From positions 4,221-68,220 of the forward strand of contig VGUA01000003.1 of the NCBI GenBank assembly GCA_016874535.1: a DNA stretch of 64,000 bases, given 5' to 3'. Positions 1-8,345 of the stretch are shown here, in pieces. The notes beneath the pieces are model-generated. The model saw only the letters and a list, made by a program, of their open reading frames with translations, was not told the DNA's origin and did no database searches. Both the position numbers and the translations under genes were made by a program. The number at the start of each line of letters is the position of its first letter. Within the stretch, counting starts at the first letter, position 1. This DNA comes from Gammaproteobacteria bacterium (GTDB lineage Bacteria; Pseudomonadota; Gammaproteobacteria; Ga0077536).

Positions 1-318
1 CTCATGTACGACTGCGATGTCAGTCGCTTCGACCAGGTATTCGCAGCCACCGCGCAGCTGCATGGCCTGCGCGAAGGCGAAATGATCTGCTGGCCGGCGG
101 CGCATTACCGTGAAGTCCTGGCCGGCCGCAAATCGCCGAAATCACAGGGCGCCACCCGCGAACAGCAGATCCTGATGGTGGATTTCACGTCTTCCACGCA
201 GGCCCTGGCCAAGGTCCGGGTACGGATTGGCGACATGTTTTTTGTCGACTATCTCAGCTATCACAAGATCAACGGGCAATGGCTGGTGACGTCCAAGGCT
301 TACCATCGGGAAGCCTGA
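1..318 (+). CDS. small NTF2-fold protein (lumazine-binding-like), probably 5'-partial at window edge
   Basis: ORF 4..318 stays open to base 1. The C-terminal ...FFVDYLSYHKINGQWLVTSKAYH resembles small NTF2/SnoaL-fold proteins. Family call from memory only. Confidence 0.45.
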   Translation, partial: LMYDCDVSRFDQVFAATAQLHGLREGEMICWPAAHYREVLAGRKSPKSQGATREQQILMVDFTSSTQALAKVRVRIGDMFFVDYLSYHKINGQWLVTSKAYHREA

Positions 319-405
319 TTGCCTTGCGCGCACTCGCCCGGGTGGTGGGACCACTCGGGCGAACCTGACGCAGCCAACAACAAACAGAGGAGAGGGGACG
401 TAAGT

Positions 406-836
406 ATGTTGTCAGAAGCGGAAATGATCCGACTGTGGGAGCAGCACACCGAGCTCGAATTCGCGACGCGTGATGCGGCGGCGACAGTGGCCACCATGAC
501 GCCACCCTGCGGCCACTGGCCCGCACTGTGGGCTCGGATCGCCTCATCGACGAGTTCATCTTCTCCTGCACCCACGATGTGGTGATGGACTGGATGCTGC
601 CCGGCGTTGCACCCACGGGCCGGAAGATCGAGATCCCCATGGTGGTCGCCGTGCAGTTCGAAGGCGACAAAATCGCCTGCGAGCGGATTTACTGGGACCA
701 AGCCTCCGTGCTGGTGCAGATCGGATTGCTGGACTCCAAGGGCTTACCGGTGGCGGGCGTTGAAACGGCGCGGAAGTTTGAAGATCCCCAGCTGCCGTCG
801 AATGCTCTGATACGCGGGGCTGCAGCCCGGCACTGA
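406..836 (+). pseudogene. SnoaL/NTF2-like (ketosteroid-isomerase-like) protein, frameshifted or sequencing error
   Basis: RBS AGAGGAGAGGGGA precedes ATG 406. MLSEAEMIRLWEQHTELEFATRDAAATVATM (frame of 406) continues in another frame as TLRPLARTVGSDRLIDEFIFSCTHDVVMDWMLPGV...ERIYWDQASVL (ORF 528..836). A one-base shift lies somewhere in 474..510. Confidence 0.55.
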
Positions 837-841
837 GTTTG

Positions 842-880
842 CTGAAGGGCGGGTGTGCAATCAGGTCCCCCGCTCTTCAG
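842..880. terminator. hairpin between convergent genes (possible bidirectional terminator, no U-tract)
   Basis: CTGAAGGGCGGG (842-853) pairs with CCCGCTCTTCAG (869-880): 12 bp including one G.U, with a 15-nt loop. It overlaps the AraC-family stop codon. Confidence 0.35.
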
Positions 881-1872
881 GCACTCCCCCGGTGCCGGAC
901 TTCTTCCGGCGTGCGGCCGGTCCAGTCACGGAAGGCGCGATAAAACGAGTTGGGCTCTTCAAAGCCCAGCAGGAAAGAAATCTCCGCGGCCGGCAGGGTG
1001 GTCTTGCGAAGATAGTGCAGGGCGAGCGCTGAACGGGTTTCCTGCAGCAGTCGCATGTAGGTGGTGCCTTCGGCTTCCAGTTGCCGTTGCAGGGTGCGGC
1101 GACTCACAAAGAGTCGTTTGGCCACGGCGTCCATCGCGGCAAGTCCGCTGGGCAAGGCTTCCAGCAGCACCGCTCGCACCCGTTGCTCCATTGTCACGGA
1201 CGTATCCAGCTGCATCAGCCGCGTGCGCAGCTCCGGCTCGAAGGTCGCCCACATGCCTTCGTTGGCGGTAAGGAACGGGCGCTGTGCATCTTCCGCATCA
1301 AACACCACCCGGTGCGTCTTGCCGCGTCTGATTCTCACGCCCAGGAATTGTTCGAACTCTTCCGCTTCCGCAGGAGGGTGCGTGGTTTCCACACGCAGCG
1401 GCTTCAGCGGTTCGCGCGTTCCCATGCGCAGCAGCGACACAAAGAACAGAAGCTCGGTCACCACCAGCGATTGCGGCGGCGGCAGTAGTGGATCGGGCCA
1501 GTGAATACCCAAGGTGACCGTGTGTGTTTCTGGCTTCAGTTCCAGGCGCATGGGCGCCACCAGCGCCTTGAAGCGCGCGATACGTTCCACCGCCACCAGG
1601 AAGTTCGGACTGCACAGGGCAGCAAAGAGCGGCGGTGAGAAGGATTCGCTCCTCACCGCCTGGCACAGGCGCAGCGGAAAGAGCGGATCGTCCAACTCCT
1701 CTGCAAGCGCATTCCAGAACCGGTAGAAATCCGCCGCGCCAAGACGTGCAGAGCCCTGCACCAGCAGGTCTTCCGGCATGCCGGCCCGGCGCAATACGCG
1801 CGCAGCAGACACGCCCAGATCCTTCAGGATTGGGCGCCAGCTCGTCTCGAGCGCATAGGTATTTGAGTGCAT
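877..1872 (-). CDS. AraC family transcriptional regulator
   Basis: C-terminal AraC HTH ...LALHYLRKTTLPAAEISFLLGFEEPNSFYRAFRDWTGRTPEEVR. The ORF runs 877..1932; I prefer the start MHSNTYALE at 1872. Confidence 0.85.
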   Translation of the reverse strand: MHSNTYALETSWRPILKDLGVSAARVLRRAGMPEDLLVQGSARLGAADFYRFWNALAEELDDPLFPLRLCQAVRSESFSPPLFAALCSPNFLVAVERIARFKALVAPMRLELKPETHTVTLGIHWPDPLLPPPQSLVVTELLFFVSLLRMGTREPLKPLRVETTHPPAEAEEFEQFLGVRIRRGKTHRVVFDAEDAQRPFLTANEGMWATFEPELRTRLMQLDTSVTMEQRVRAVLLEALPSGLAAMDAVAKRLFVSRRTLQRQLEAEGTTYMRLLQETRSALALHYLRKTTLPAAEISFLLGFEEPNSFYRAFRDWTGRTPEEVRHRGSA

Positions 1873-1971
1873 GGTGGGATTCCGGCGTCCAGCCGCGGGC
1901 CGGACGCCATTATCAAAGTGCATCTGGATCACGGCAATCGCTCCTCAGACGCAAAACGCCCCGGCCCGAAC

Positions 1972-2787
1972 TCAAAGCCCGAAATTGGCGCGCATCCCGC
2001 CAATGAAGGCGGCATCATCCGCGGCGCGCCGTGCGGTGAGCAACTGCACCGCATCGGCACCCGCCTCATAGCGCAGCTGCGCGGTTCCGTCGGTCGCTGC
2101 CTGATAGATGACATCGGCCACCATCTCGGGCGGGGAGGCGTTTTCTGTCATCGGTCCCAGCGCGGCAAACACGGCCTGCACCAGGGGTTGGTATTCCTCC
2201 ACGGCGGGATCATTGTTGAATTCGAAGGAACGGCCGGCGAAGTCGGTCTTGATCATGCCGGGCTCCACAATCTTCACCTGCACTCCGGAACCAGAGAGCT
2301 CGTAATGCAAGGCTTCGGAGAGTCCTTCCACGGCGAATTTGGAACCGTGATAAAGCGTGCCCAAGGGGAAGGTAATCTTTCCACCCACGGAAGAGATGTT
2401 GATGATCACACCCTCACGCTGGCGGCGGAAATGCGGAATCAGCGCCTGAGTGGTGGCAATGAGGCCGATCACGTTCACGTCGAACTGGTTGCGCACGCGT
2501 GACAGGGGCGTGGACTCCAGCGGCCCATAGGCGCCGTATCCCGCGTTATTCACCAGCACATCGATGCATCCGAAGCGCTCGAGGCCAGCTTGCACCGCCT
2601 GGGTGATGGACGCCGTGTCCTGCACATCCAGTCGCGCCACCAGCACGCGATCCAGACCCGTAAGTTCGGTCTCCTGCGCGGGGTTGCGCATGGTGGCGAT
2701 GACGTTCCAGCCCTTGGCATGGAAGTGGAATGCAGTGGCGCGGCCAATACCGCTGGAAGCGCCGGTGATGAGTACTGTCTTTGGCAT
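1972..2787 (-). CDS. SDR family oxidoreductase
   Basis: TGASSGIGRATA (TGxxxGxG), NNAG and YHGSKFAVEG (YxxxK) motifs; 271 aa. Confidence 0.9.
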   Translation of the reverse strand: MPKTVLITGASSGIGRATAFHFHAKGWNVIATMRNPAQETELTGLDRVLVARLDVQDTASITQAVQAGLERFGCIDVLVNNAGYGAYGPLESTPLSRVRNQFDVNVIGLIATTQALIPHFRRQREGVIINISSVGGKITFPLGTLYHGSKFAVEGLSEALHYELSGSGVQVKIVEPGMIKTDFAGRSFEFNNDPAVEEYQPLVQAVFAALGPMTENASPPEMVADVIYQAATDGTAQLRYEAGADAVQLLTARRAADDAAFIGGMRANFGL

Positions 2788-2890
2788 GGGGGTCCTCCTG
2801 TGTGACCCCCAGACTACGTGCCGTGGCGCACTACCCCACCAGCAATCTGCGCCACTTCCTTATCGATTCGCGCCATGACACGGAGAGGGC

Positions 2891-5035
2891 TCAGCTGAGC
2901 GCTTCGAGATTGGCATAGGCCGCCACCAGCCACTTCACCCCGCCGCCGGCGAAATTCACCTGCACACGGGTATGCGCACCGCGGCCCTCCATGTGCAGGA
3001 CCACGCCTTCACCGAAGGTCCGATGCAGCACGCGCTGTCCCAGATGCAGCCCGGATTCACCGGACTCCTCGCGCATTGCGACAGACGCAAGGCCCGAGCC
3101 ACCCATGCGCACTTCTTCCAGCAGCTCGCGCGGAATCTCGCGCAGGAAGCGCGAAGGCTGCGGGTAGAAATCCGCGCCATGCAGGCGGCGTGACTCCGCA
3201 TGCGACAAGGTCAGCCGTTTGCGCGCACGTGTGAGCCCCACATAGCAGAGGCGACGTTCTTCCTCCAGCTGGCTGGGATCCGTGCTGGAACGCTGATGGG
3301 GAAAGAGTCCTTCTTCGAGGCCCACCAGAAACACGTTGGAGAATTCCAGCCCCTTGGCGGCATGCAAGGTCATGAGTTGCACGCAGTCATCGAACTGGCC
3401 ACCCTGGCCTTCGCCTGCCTCGAGCGCCGCATGACTCAGGAATGCCGCCACCAGTGGCAGTTCGGCATCGTTCTCATCCGGTTCGAAATCACGCGCAGCC
3501 GTGACCAACTCTTCCAGGTTCTCGATGCGGTCGAGACCGCGATCACCCTTCTCCTTGCGATAGTGATCCGGCAGGCCGCTGAGCGAGATCACCGTCTCCA
3601 GCACGGCTTCCAGCGGCAGCCCCTCGATCTGCTGGCTGATGGTCTCGATGAGCTGCAGGAATTGGCCGACGGCAGTGACGGCGCGTGCGCCCAGCTCTCG
3701 ATTGGCGACCAGCTTGCGCGCCGCCTCCCACAGACTGATGCGGTTCAGCCGGGCGCAGTTGCGGATGTCGTCCACCGTGCGATTGCCGATACCGCGCACC
3801 GGCAGGTTGATGATGCGCTCGAAGGCAGGGTCTGCATCATGAAAATTGGCGAGGCGGAGATAGGCGAGCGCGTCCTTGATTTCCGCACGCTCATAGAATT
3901 TGAAGCCGCCGTAGACCCGATAGGGCACATCCGCCTGGCGCAGGGCGTCTTCCAGTACGCGCGACTGGGCACTGGTGCGATAGAGGAGTGCTGTTTCGGT
4001 GTAGCGGTCGCCTTCTTCATGCATGCGGCGGATACTGTCTACGCAGTAGCGGGCTTCTTCCACATCATTGAATGCGGCGTAAATGCGGATGGGATCGCCG
4101 CGCGCCCCATCAGTCCAGAGTTTCTTGCCGAGGCGCCCACTGTTCCAGGCGATGAGGGCATTGGCCGCATCCAGAATGTTGCCCGTGGAGCGGTAGTTCT
4201 GCTCCAGGCGCACCAGGTTGTGGGTGGGATAGTCGCGGCGGAAGCGCTGCATGTTCTCCACCTGTGCGCCACGCCAGCTGTAGATGGACTGGTCGTCATC
4301 GCCCACCACGAAGAAGTTGGCCTGATCCGCCACCAGAAGCTTCAGCCACCGGTACTGCAGAGCGTTGGTGTCCTGGAATTCATCCACCAGCACATGGAAA
4401 AAGCGCTCCTGGTAATGACGGAGCAGGCCTGCGTTGTCGCGCCACAGTTCGGAGGCCCGCAGCAGCAACTCGCCAAAGTCCACCAGTCCGGAACGCGCAC
4501 AGGCTTCCTCATAGGTCTTGTAGATGTCGATGAAGGTGCGCAGGCCGGCATCGTTGTCATCGGTGAGGTCAGCGGGCCGCAGGCCCTCGTCCTTGCGACC
4601 ATTGATGAACCACTGCACTTCGCGCGCCGGCCACTGGTCCTCGTCCAGATTCATGCCGCGAATCACGCGCTTCAGCATCTTCTGCTGATCTTCCGAATCC
4701 ATGATCTGGAACTGCTCGGGCAGGCCAGCCTCTCGCCAGTGTGAACGCAGCAGGCGATGGGCGATGCCATGGAAAGTGCCGACCCACATGCCGCCCAGGG
4801 GGCGGTTGATGAGGGATTCGATGCGCCCGCGCATCTCGGCTGCGGCCTTGTTGGTGAAGGTCACGCAGAGCACGCCCGAAGGCGCGGCGAGGCCTTGCTC
4901 CAGGCACCAGGCCACCCGGTGGACGAGAACACGCGTCTTGCCGCTGCCGGCACCTGCCAGGACGAGGGTCTGGCGGGCGGACGTGGTGACGGCCTGGAGT
5001 TGCGCTTCGTTCAAGCGCGCGAGGGTATTCGACAT
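2891..5035 (-). CDS. uvrD: DNA helicase II (UvrD/Rep superfamily 1)
   Basis: 714 aa with Walker A GAGSGKT, motif II DEFQDTN and the UvrD-type C-terminal tail VLHRTFGEGVVL...VNFAGGGVKWLVAAYANLE. Confidence 0.9.
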   Translation of the reverse strand: MSNTLARLNEAQLQAVTTSARQTLVLAGAGSGKTRVLVHRVAWCLEQGLAAPSGVLCVTFTNKAAAEMRGRIESLINRPLGGMWVGTFHGIAHRLLRSHWREAGLPEQFQIMDSEDQQKMLKRVIRGMNLDEDQWPAREVQWFINGRKDEGLRPADLTDDNDAGLRTFIDIYKTYEEACARSGLVDFGELLLRASELWRDNAGLLRHYQERFFHVLVDEFQDTNALQYRWLKLLVADQANFFVVGDDDQSIYSWRGAQVENMQRFRRDYPTHNLVRLEQNYRSTGNILDAANALIAWNSGRLGKKLWTDGARGDPIRIYAAFNDVEEARYCVDSIRRMHEEGDRYTETALLYRTSAQSRVLEDALRQADVPYRVYGGFKFYERAEIKDALAYLRLANFHDADPAFERIINLPVRGIGNRTVDDIRNCARLNRISLWEAARKLVANRELGARAVTAVGQFLQLIETISQQIEGLPLEAVLETVISLSGLPDHYRKEKGDRGLDRIENLEELVTAARDFEPDENDAELPLVAAFLSHAALEAGEGQGGQFDDCVQLMTLHAAKGLEFSNVFLVGLEEGLFPHQRSSTDPSQLEEERRLCYVGLTRARKRLTLSHAESRRLHGADFYPQPSRFLREIPRELLEEVRMGGSGLASVAMREESGESGLHLGQRVLHRTFGEGVVLHMEGRGAHTRVQVNFAGGGVKWLVAAYANLEALS

Positions 5036-5086
5036 GCGGCGATTTTAGCAGGATGGCAACGGGCGCCGGGATCCGAATCCGCTACA

Positions 5087-6454
5087 ATGCGGCGACTGTC
5101 ACCCCGCAAGGATTCTGCGCCCGTGTCCTCGCCCTCTGCCGATCCCTCGGATGCCGTTGATATCGCACATCGCGTGGTGCAGATCGCCCGCCAGAAAGGC
5201 CTGGCCGCCGCAGTCTCCGTGAATGCGGGCGAGGGCCTCTCGGTCACGGTGCGGGCCGGCGAGGTGGAGACCCTCGAATACCATCAGGACAAGGCGGTCC
5301 ATGTGACGGTGTATGACGGCCAGCGCAAGGGCAGCGCCACGTCCAAGGATTTCAGCGGCAATTCGCTCGCAGAGACCGTGTCTGCCGCGGCGGAGATTGC
5401 CCACAATGCCGAGCCGGACCCATGGTCCGGGCTGCTCGAAGAGCGCTATCTCGCGCAAGACATCCCGGATCTCGATCTCGACCATCCGTGGGAGATCACG
5501 GCCGAGGACGCCATTGCACTCGCGCTGCGCGCCGCCGAGGCCGCACAAGCCGCCGAGCGCGAAGTGAGCCAGGTGGATGAGGCGGGGGTCAGTCACTACC
5601 GCGGGGTTCATGCGTATGCCAACAGGCATGGCTTCGCGGCGGGCTATGCCGGCACCCGGCACGGACTCAATTGCATCGTGGTGGGCGCGCGGGACGGCGC
5701 CATGCAGCGAGGCTACTGGTTCACCTCGGCCCGTCGCGCGAGTGCGCTGGAGTCTCCGGAGACGGTCGGCCGGCTCGCCGCCGAGCGCGCGGTGGCCAAG
5801 CTCGGGGCACGCAAGCTCGGCACGCGGCGGGCACCGGTGATCTTCGAAGCCCGACTGGCGACCGGACTCATCGGCTCGCTGGTTGCCGCCAGCTCCGGCG
5901 GCAATCTGTATCGGGAGGCCTCCTTCCTGCGCGATGCCGCCGGCACCCAGGTCATGCCGGGGTTTCTCACCATCGAGGAAGATCCTTTCCTGCCGCAGGG
6001 TCTGGGCAGTGCACCTTTCGATGCCGAAGGTGGCGCCACGCGCAGTCGCAGGGTGATCGATGCCGGCATTCTCACGGGGTATTTTCTTGATGGCTACAGC
6101 GCGCGCCGGTTGGGCCTCCCGCCGACCGGCAATGCGGGCGGTCCGCACAATTTAATCGTCGGCCACCAGGATGAAGATCTGCAGACCCTGCTCCGTCGCA
6201 TGGGGCGCGGCCTTTTGGTCACCGACCTCATGGGCCATGGCACCAATCTGTTGACCGGCGATTATTCCCGTGGCGCGAGCGGCTTCTGGGTGGAAGACGG
6301 CGCCCTGGCGTATCCCGTGGAAGAAATCACCATTGCCGGCAATCTGCGCGACATGCTGCGCGGAATCGTGGCGGTGGGCAGTGACGTGGAAACCCGCGGC
6401 GCCACGCGCATCGGCTCGGTGCTGCTGGAAGAAATGACCATCGCCGGAGAATAA
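5087..6454 (+). CDS. pmbA: metalloprotease PmbA (TldE)
   Basis: Collinear with E. coli PmbA as I remember it (...GLSVTVRAGEVETLEYHQDKAVHVTVYDGQRKGSATSKDFS..., C-terminal ...TIAGNLRDML). Start is ATG 5087, or GTG 5123 which has an AAGGA 10 nt upstream. The ORF-track start 4757 lies inside uvrD antisense. Confidence 0.88.
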   Translation: MRRLSPRKDSAPVSSPSADPSDAVDIAHRVVQIARQKGLAAAVSVNAGEGLSVTVRAGEVETLEYHQDKAVHVTVYDGQRKGSATSKDFSGNSLAETVSAAAEIAHNAEPDPWSGLLEERYLAQDIPDLDLDHPWEITAEDAIALALRAAEAAQAAEREVSQVDEAGVSHYRGVHAYANRHGFAAGYAGTRHGLNCIVVGARDGAMQRGYWFTSARRASALESPETVGRLAAERAVAKLGARKLGTRRAPVIFEARLATGLIGSLVAASSGGNLYREASFLRDAAGTQVMPGFLTIEEDPFLPQGLGSAPFDAEGGATRSRRVIDAGILTGYFLDGYSARRLGLPPTGNAGGPHNLIVGHQDEDLQTLLRRMGRGLLVTDLMGHGTNLLTGDYSRGASGFWVEDGALAYPVEEITIAGNLRDMLRGIVAVGSDVETRGATRIGSVLLEEMTIAGE

Positions 6455-6457
6455 GCG

Positions 6458-7369
6458 ATGCATGACTCTCTGCAAGGATTGCTGCGCAGTCTGGATGCCG
6501 TGATTCTCGGCAAGCCTGCGGTCACCCGCCTTTCCGTGACCTGTTTGCTGGCTGGCGGCCACCTCTTGCTGGAAGATTTGCCGGGCGTCGGCAAGACCAC
6601 GCTCGCGCACGCGCTGGCGAAGCTTTCCGGCCTGCAGTTCCAGCGCCTGCAGTTCACGAGCGACATGCTGCCCTCGGATATCCTCGGTGTTTCCATCTAT
6701 CACCGGGAAACGAACACCTTCACCCTGCAGCGCGGACCTGTCTTCACGCAGGTTTTGTTGGCGGATGAGATCAACCGCGCCACACCACGCGCTCAAAGCG
6801 CGCTGCTCGAAGCCATGCAAGAGGGACAGGTGACGCTGGAGGGCAGCACGCATGCGCTGTTGCGGCCTTTCTTCGTGATCGCCACCCAGAATCCTCGCGA
6901 GCAGATCGGTACTTATCCCCTGCCCGAGTCGCAGCTCGACCGCTTTCTCATGCGTCTCTCGCTGGGGTATCCGGCACCGGCTGCGGAGCGGCAACTGCTG
7001 CGTGGCGAGGAGCGTCGCGGCATGATCGAGGCGCTGCAACCGATACTCGATGCTGCGCGTTTCCTCGAACTGCAGGCAGCAGTGGGTGAAGTCCACGTTT
7101 CGGATGCGATGCTTGATTATCTGCAGGCCGTACTCACGCACACCCGGCGCTCTGCAGACTATGCGTGCGGGCTCTCGCCACGCGCGGGTCTCGCACTGCT
7201 GCGCGCCACCCGCGCCTGGGCCTTGCTGGAGGGACGCAAGCACTGCGTGCCGGAGGATCTGCAGGCCGTGTTGCCCAGCGTTGCCGGGCGTCGGCTCGTT
7301 GCAAGGGATGGCACGCGCACCGCCGAAGAGCTGGGCGCAGCTTTAGTAGCCGGCGTCCCGATTCCCTGA
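6458..7369 (+). CDS. MoxR-family AAA+ ATPase
   Basis: LLLEDLPGVGKTTLAHALA (Walker A) and VLLADEINRATP (Walker B). Typical MoxR size (303 aa) and position ahead of DUF58 and transglutaminase genes. Confidence 0.9.
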   Translation: MHDSLQGLLRSLDAVILGKPAVTRLSVTCLLAGGHLLLEDLPGVGKTTLAHALAKLSGLQFQRLQFTSDMLPSDILGVSIYHRETNTFTLQRGPVFTQVLLADEINRATPRAQSALLEAMQEGQVTLEGSTHALLRPFFVIATQNPREQIGTYPLPESQLDRFLMRLSLGYPAPAAERQLLRGEERRGMIEALQPILDAARFLELQAAVGEVHVSDAMLDYLQAVLTHTRRSADYACGLSPRAGLALLRATRAWALLEGRKHCVPEDLQAVLPSVAGRRLVARDGTRTAEELGAALVAGVPIP

Positions 7370-7393
7370 ACCGGCAGTAACGCGGCCAGGGCC

Positions 7394-8345
7394 ATGTTCG
7401 GTCACCCCAGACCCTTCCCCACGCCGCCCATCAATTATCGACGGCTGTACATGCTGCCGAACCGGCATGGTCTGCTGCTCGGCGCGCTCATCCTCGTCAT
7501 CCTGCTCGGCGCCATCAATTACGACAACGCACTCGCTTATCTGCTCTGCTTTCTGCTGGGCGGGCTGCTGCTGGTGGGCATGCTGCAGGGGTATCACAAT
7601 CTCGCCGGCCTGCAGCTGGGTGAGGTGGAATCCGTGCCGACCTTTGCAGGAGGGGAAGCCGAGTTTCGCCTGCACTTGCTGGATGACAGCGCACGGCCTC
7701 GCCACCACGTGACGGTCTCCGCGCTCGCGCTGGACGATCGCCGGTGGTGGCTGAAGGATCAACGCACCGCCGTGACGCAGCTTCCCGTGCTTGAACCGGG
7801 AGGTGAGGTGATCCTGCGCGTGCCTTCGCCTCATCGGGGCTGGCAAGCGATTGGCAGGGTGAGAGTGGAATCGCGCTTCCCACTCGGTGTGCTGGGCGGG
7901 TGGGCCTATCTGGAAACCCGCGCGCGCATTGGTGTATCCGCGGCCTGTCGGACACTTGCCCTTGCCGGAAGCGGATTTGCCCGCGGGTCAGGGCGAGCGC
8001 GGCAATGCTACCGGCGTGGAGGATTTCACGGGACTGCACCCCTATCGGCCGGGCGAATCCCCGCGGCGCATTCATTGGCCATCCCTGGCCCATCAGGATG
8101 AAGTGCTGGTCAAACGCTTCAGTGGCAATGCGGATCGCGAAACGGCGCTTGACTGGTCTGCCGTTGCGCACCTGCCGGACGTGGAGGACAAACTCTCGCA
8201 ACTCTGCCAATGGGTGCTGCAGGCCGAACAACGCGGGCTGCGCTACAGCCTGAGCCTGCCGGGGATGTCGCCCATTGCTCCCGGATGCGGCACGGCGCAG
8301 CGTCGCGCAGCACTGGAAGCGCTGGCCCGGTACGGTCTGGAATGA
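7394..8345 (+). pseudogene. DUF58 family protein, frameshifted or sequencing error
   Basis: ORF 7394..8101 (two TM helices, ...RFPLGVLGGWAYLETRAR) continues in ORF 7887..8345 (ALVYPRP...GVEDFTGLHPYRPGESPRRIHWPSLA...). The frame change falls in the CGCGCGCGC tract at 7919-7927. Confidence 0.7.

Noticed and set aside
3200-4744. 514-aa plus-strand ORF inside the uvrD region. Similar long shadow ORFs occur elsewhere: 25352..26944, 27160..28464, 34201..35076 and 44634..46007.
   Set aside because: They run antisense to genes with clear family motifs. They have Arg/Ala/Gly/His-rich, low-complexity translations and no recognisable domains. This is the typical stop-codon-poor shadow frame of high-GC DNA.
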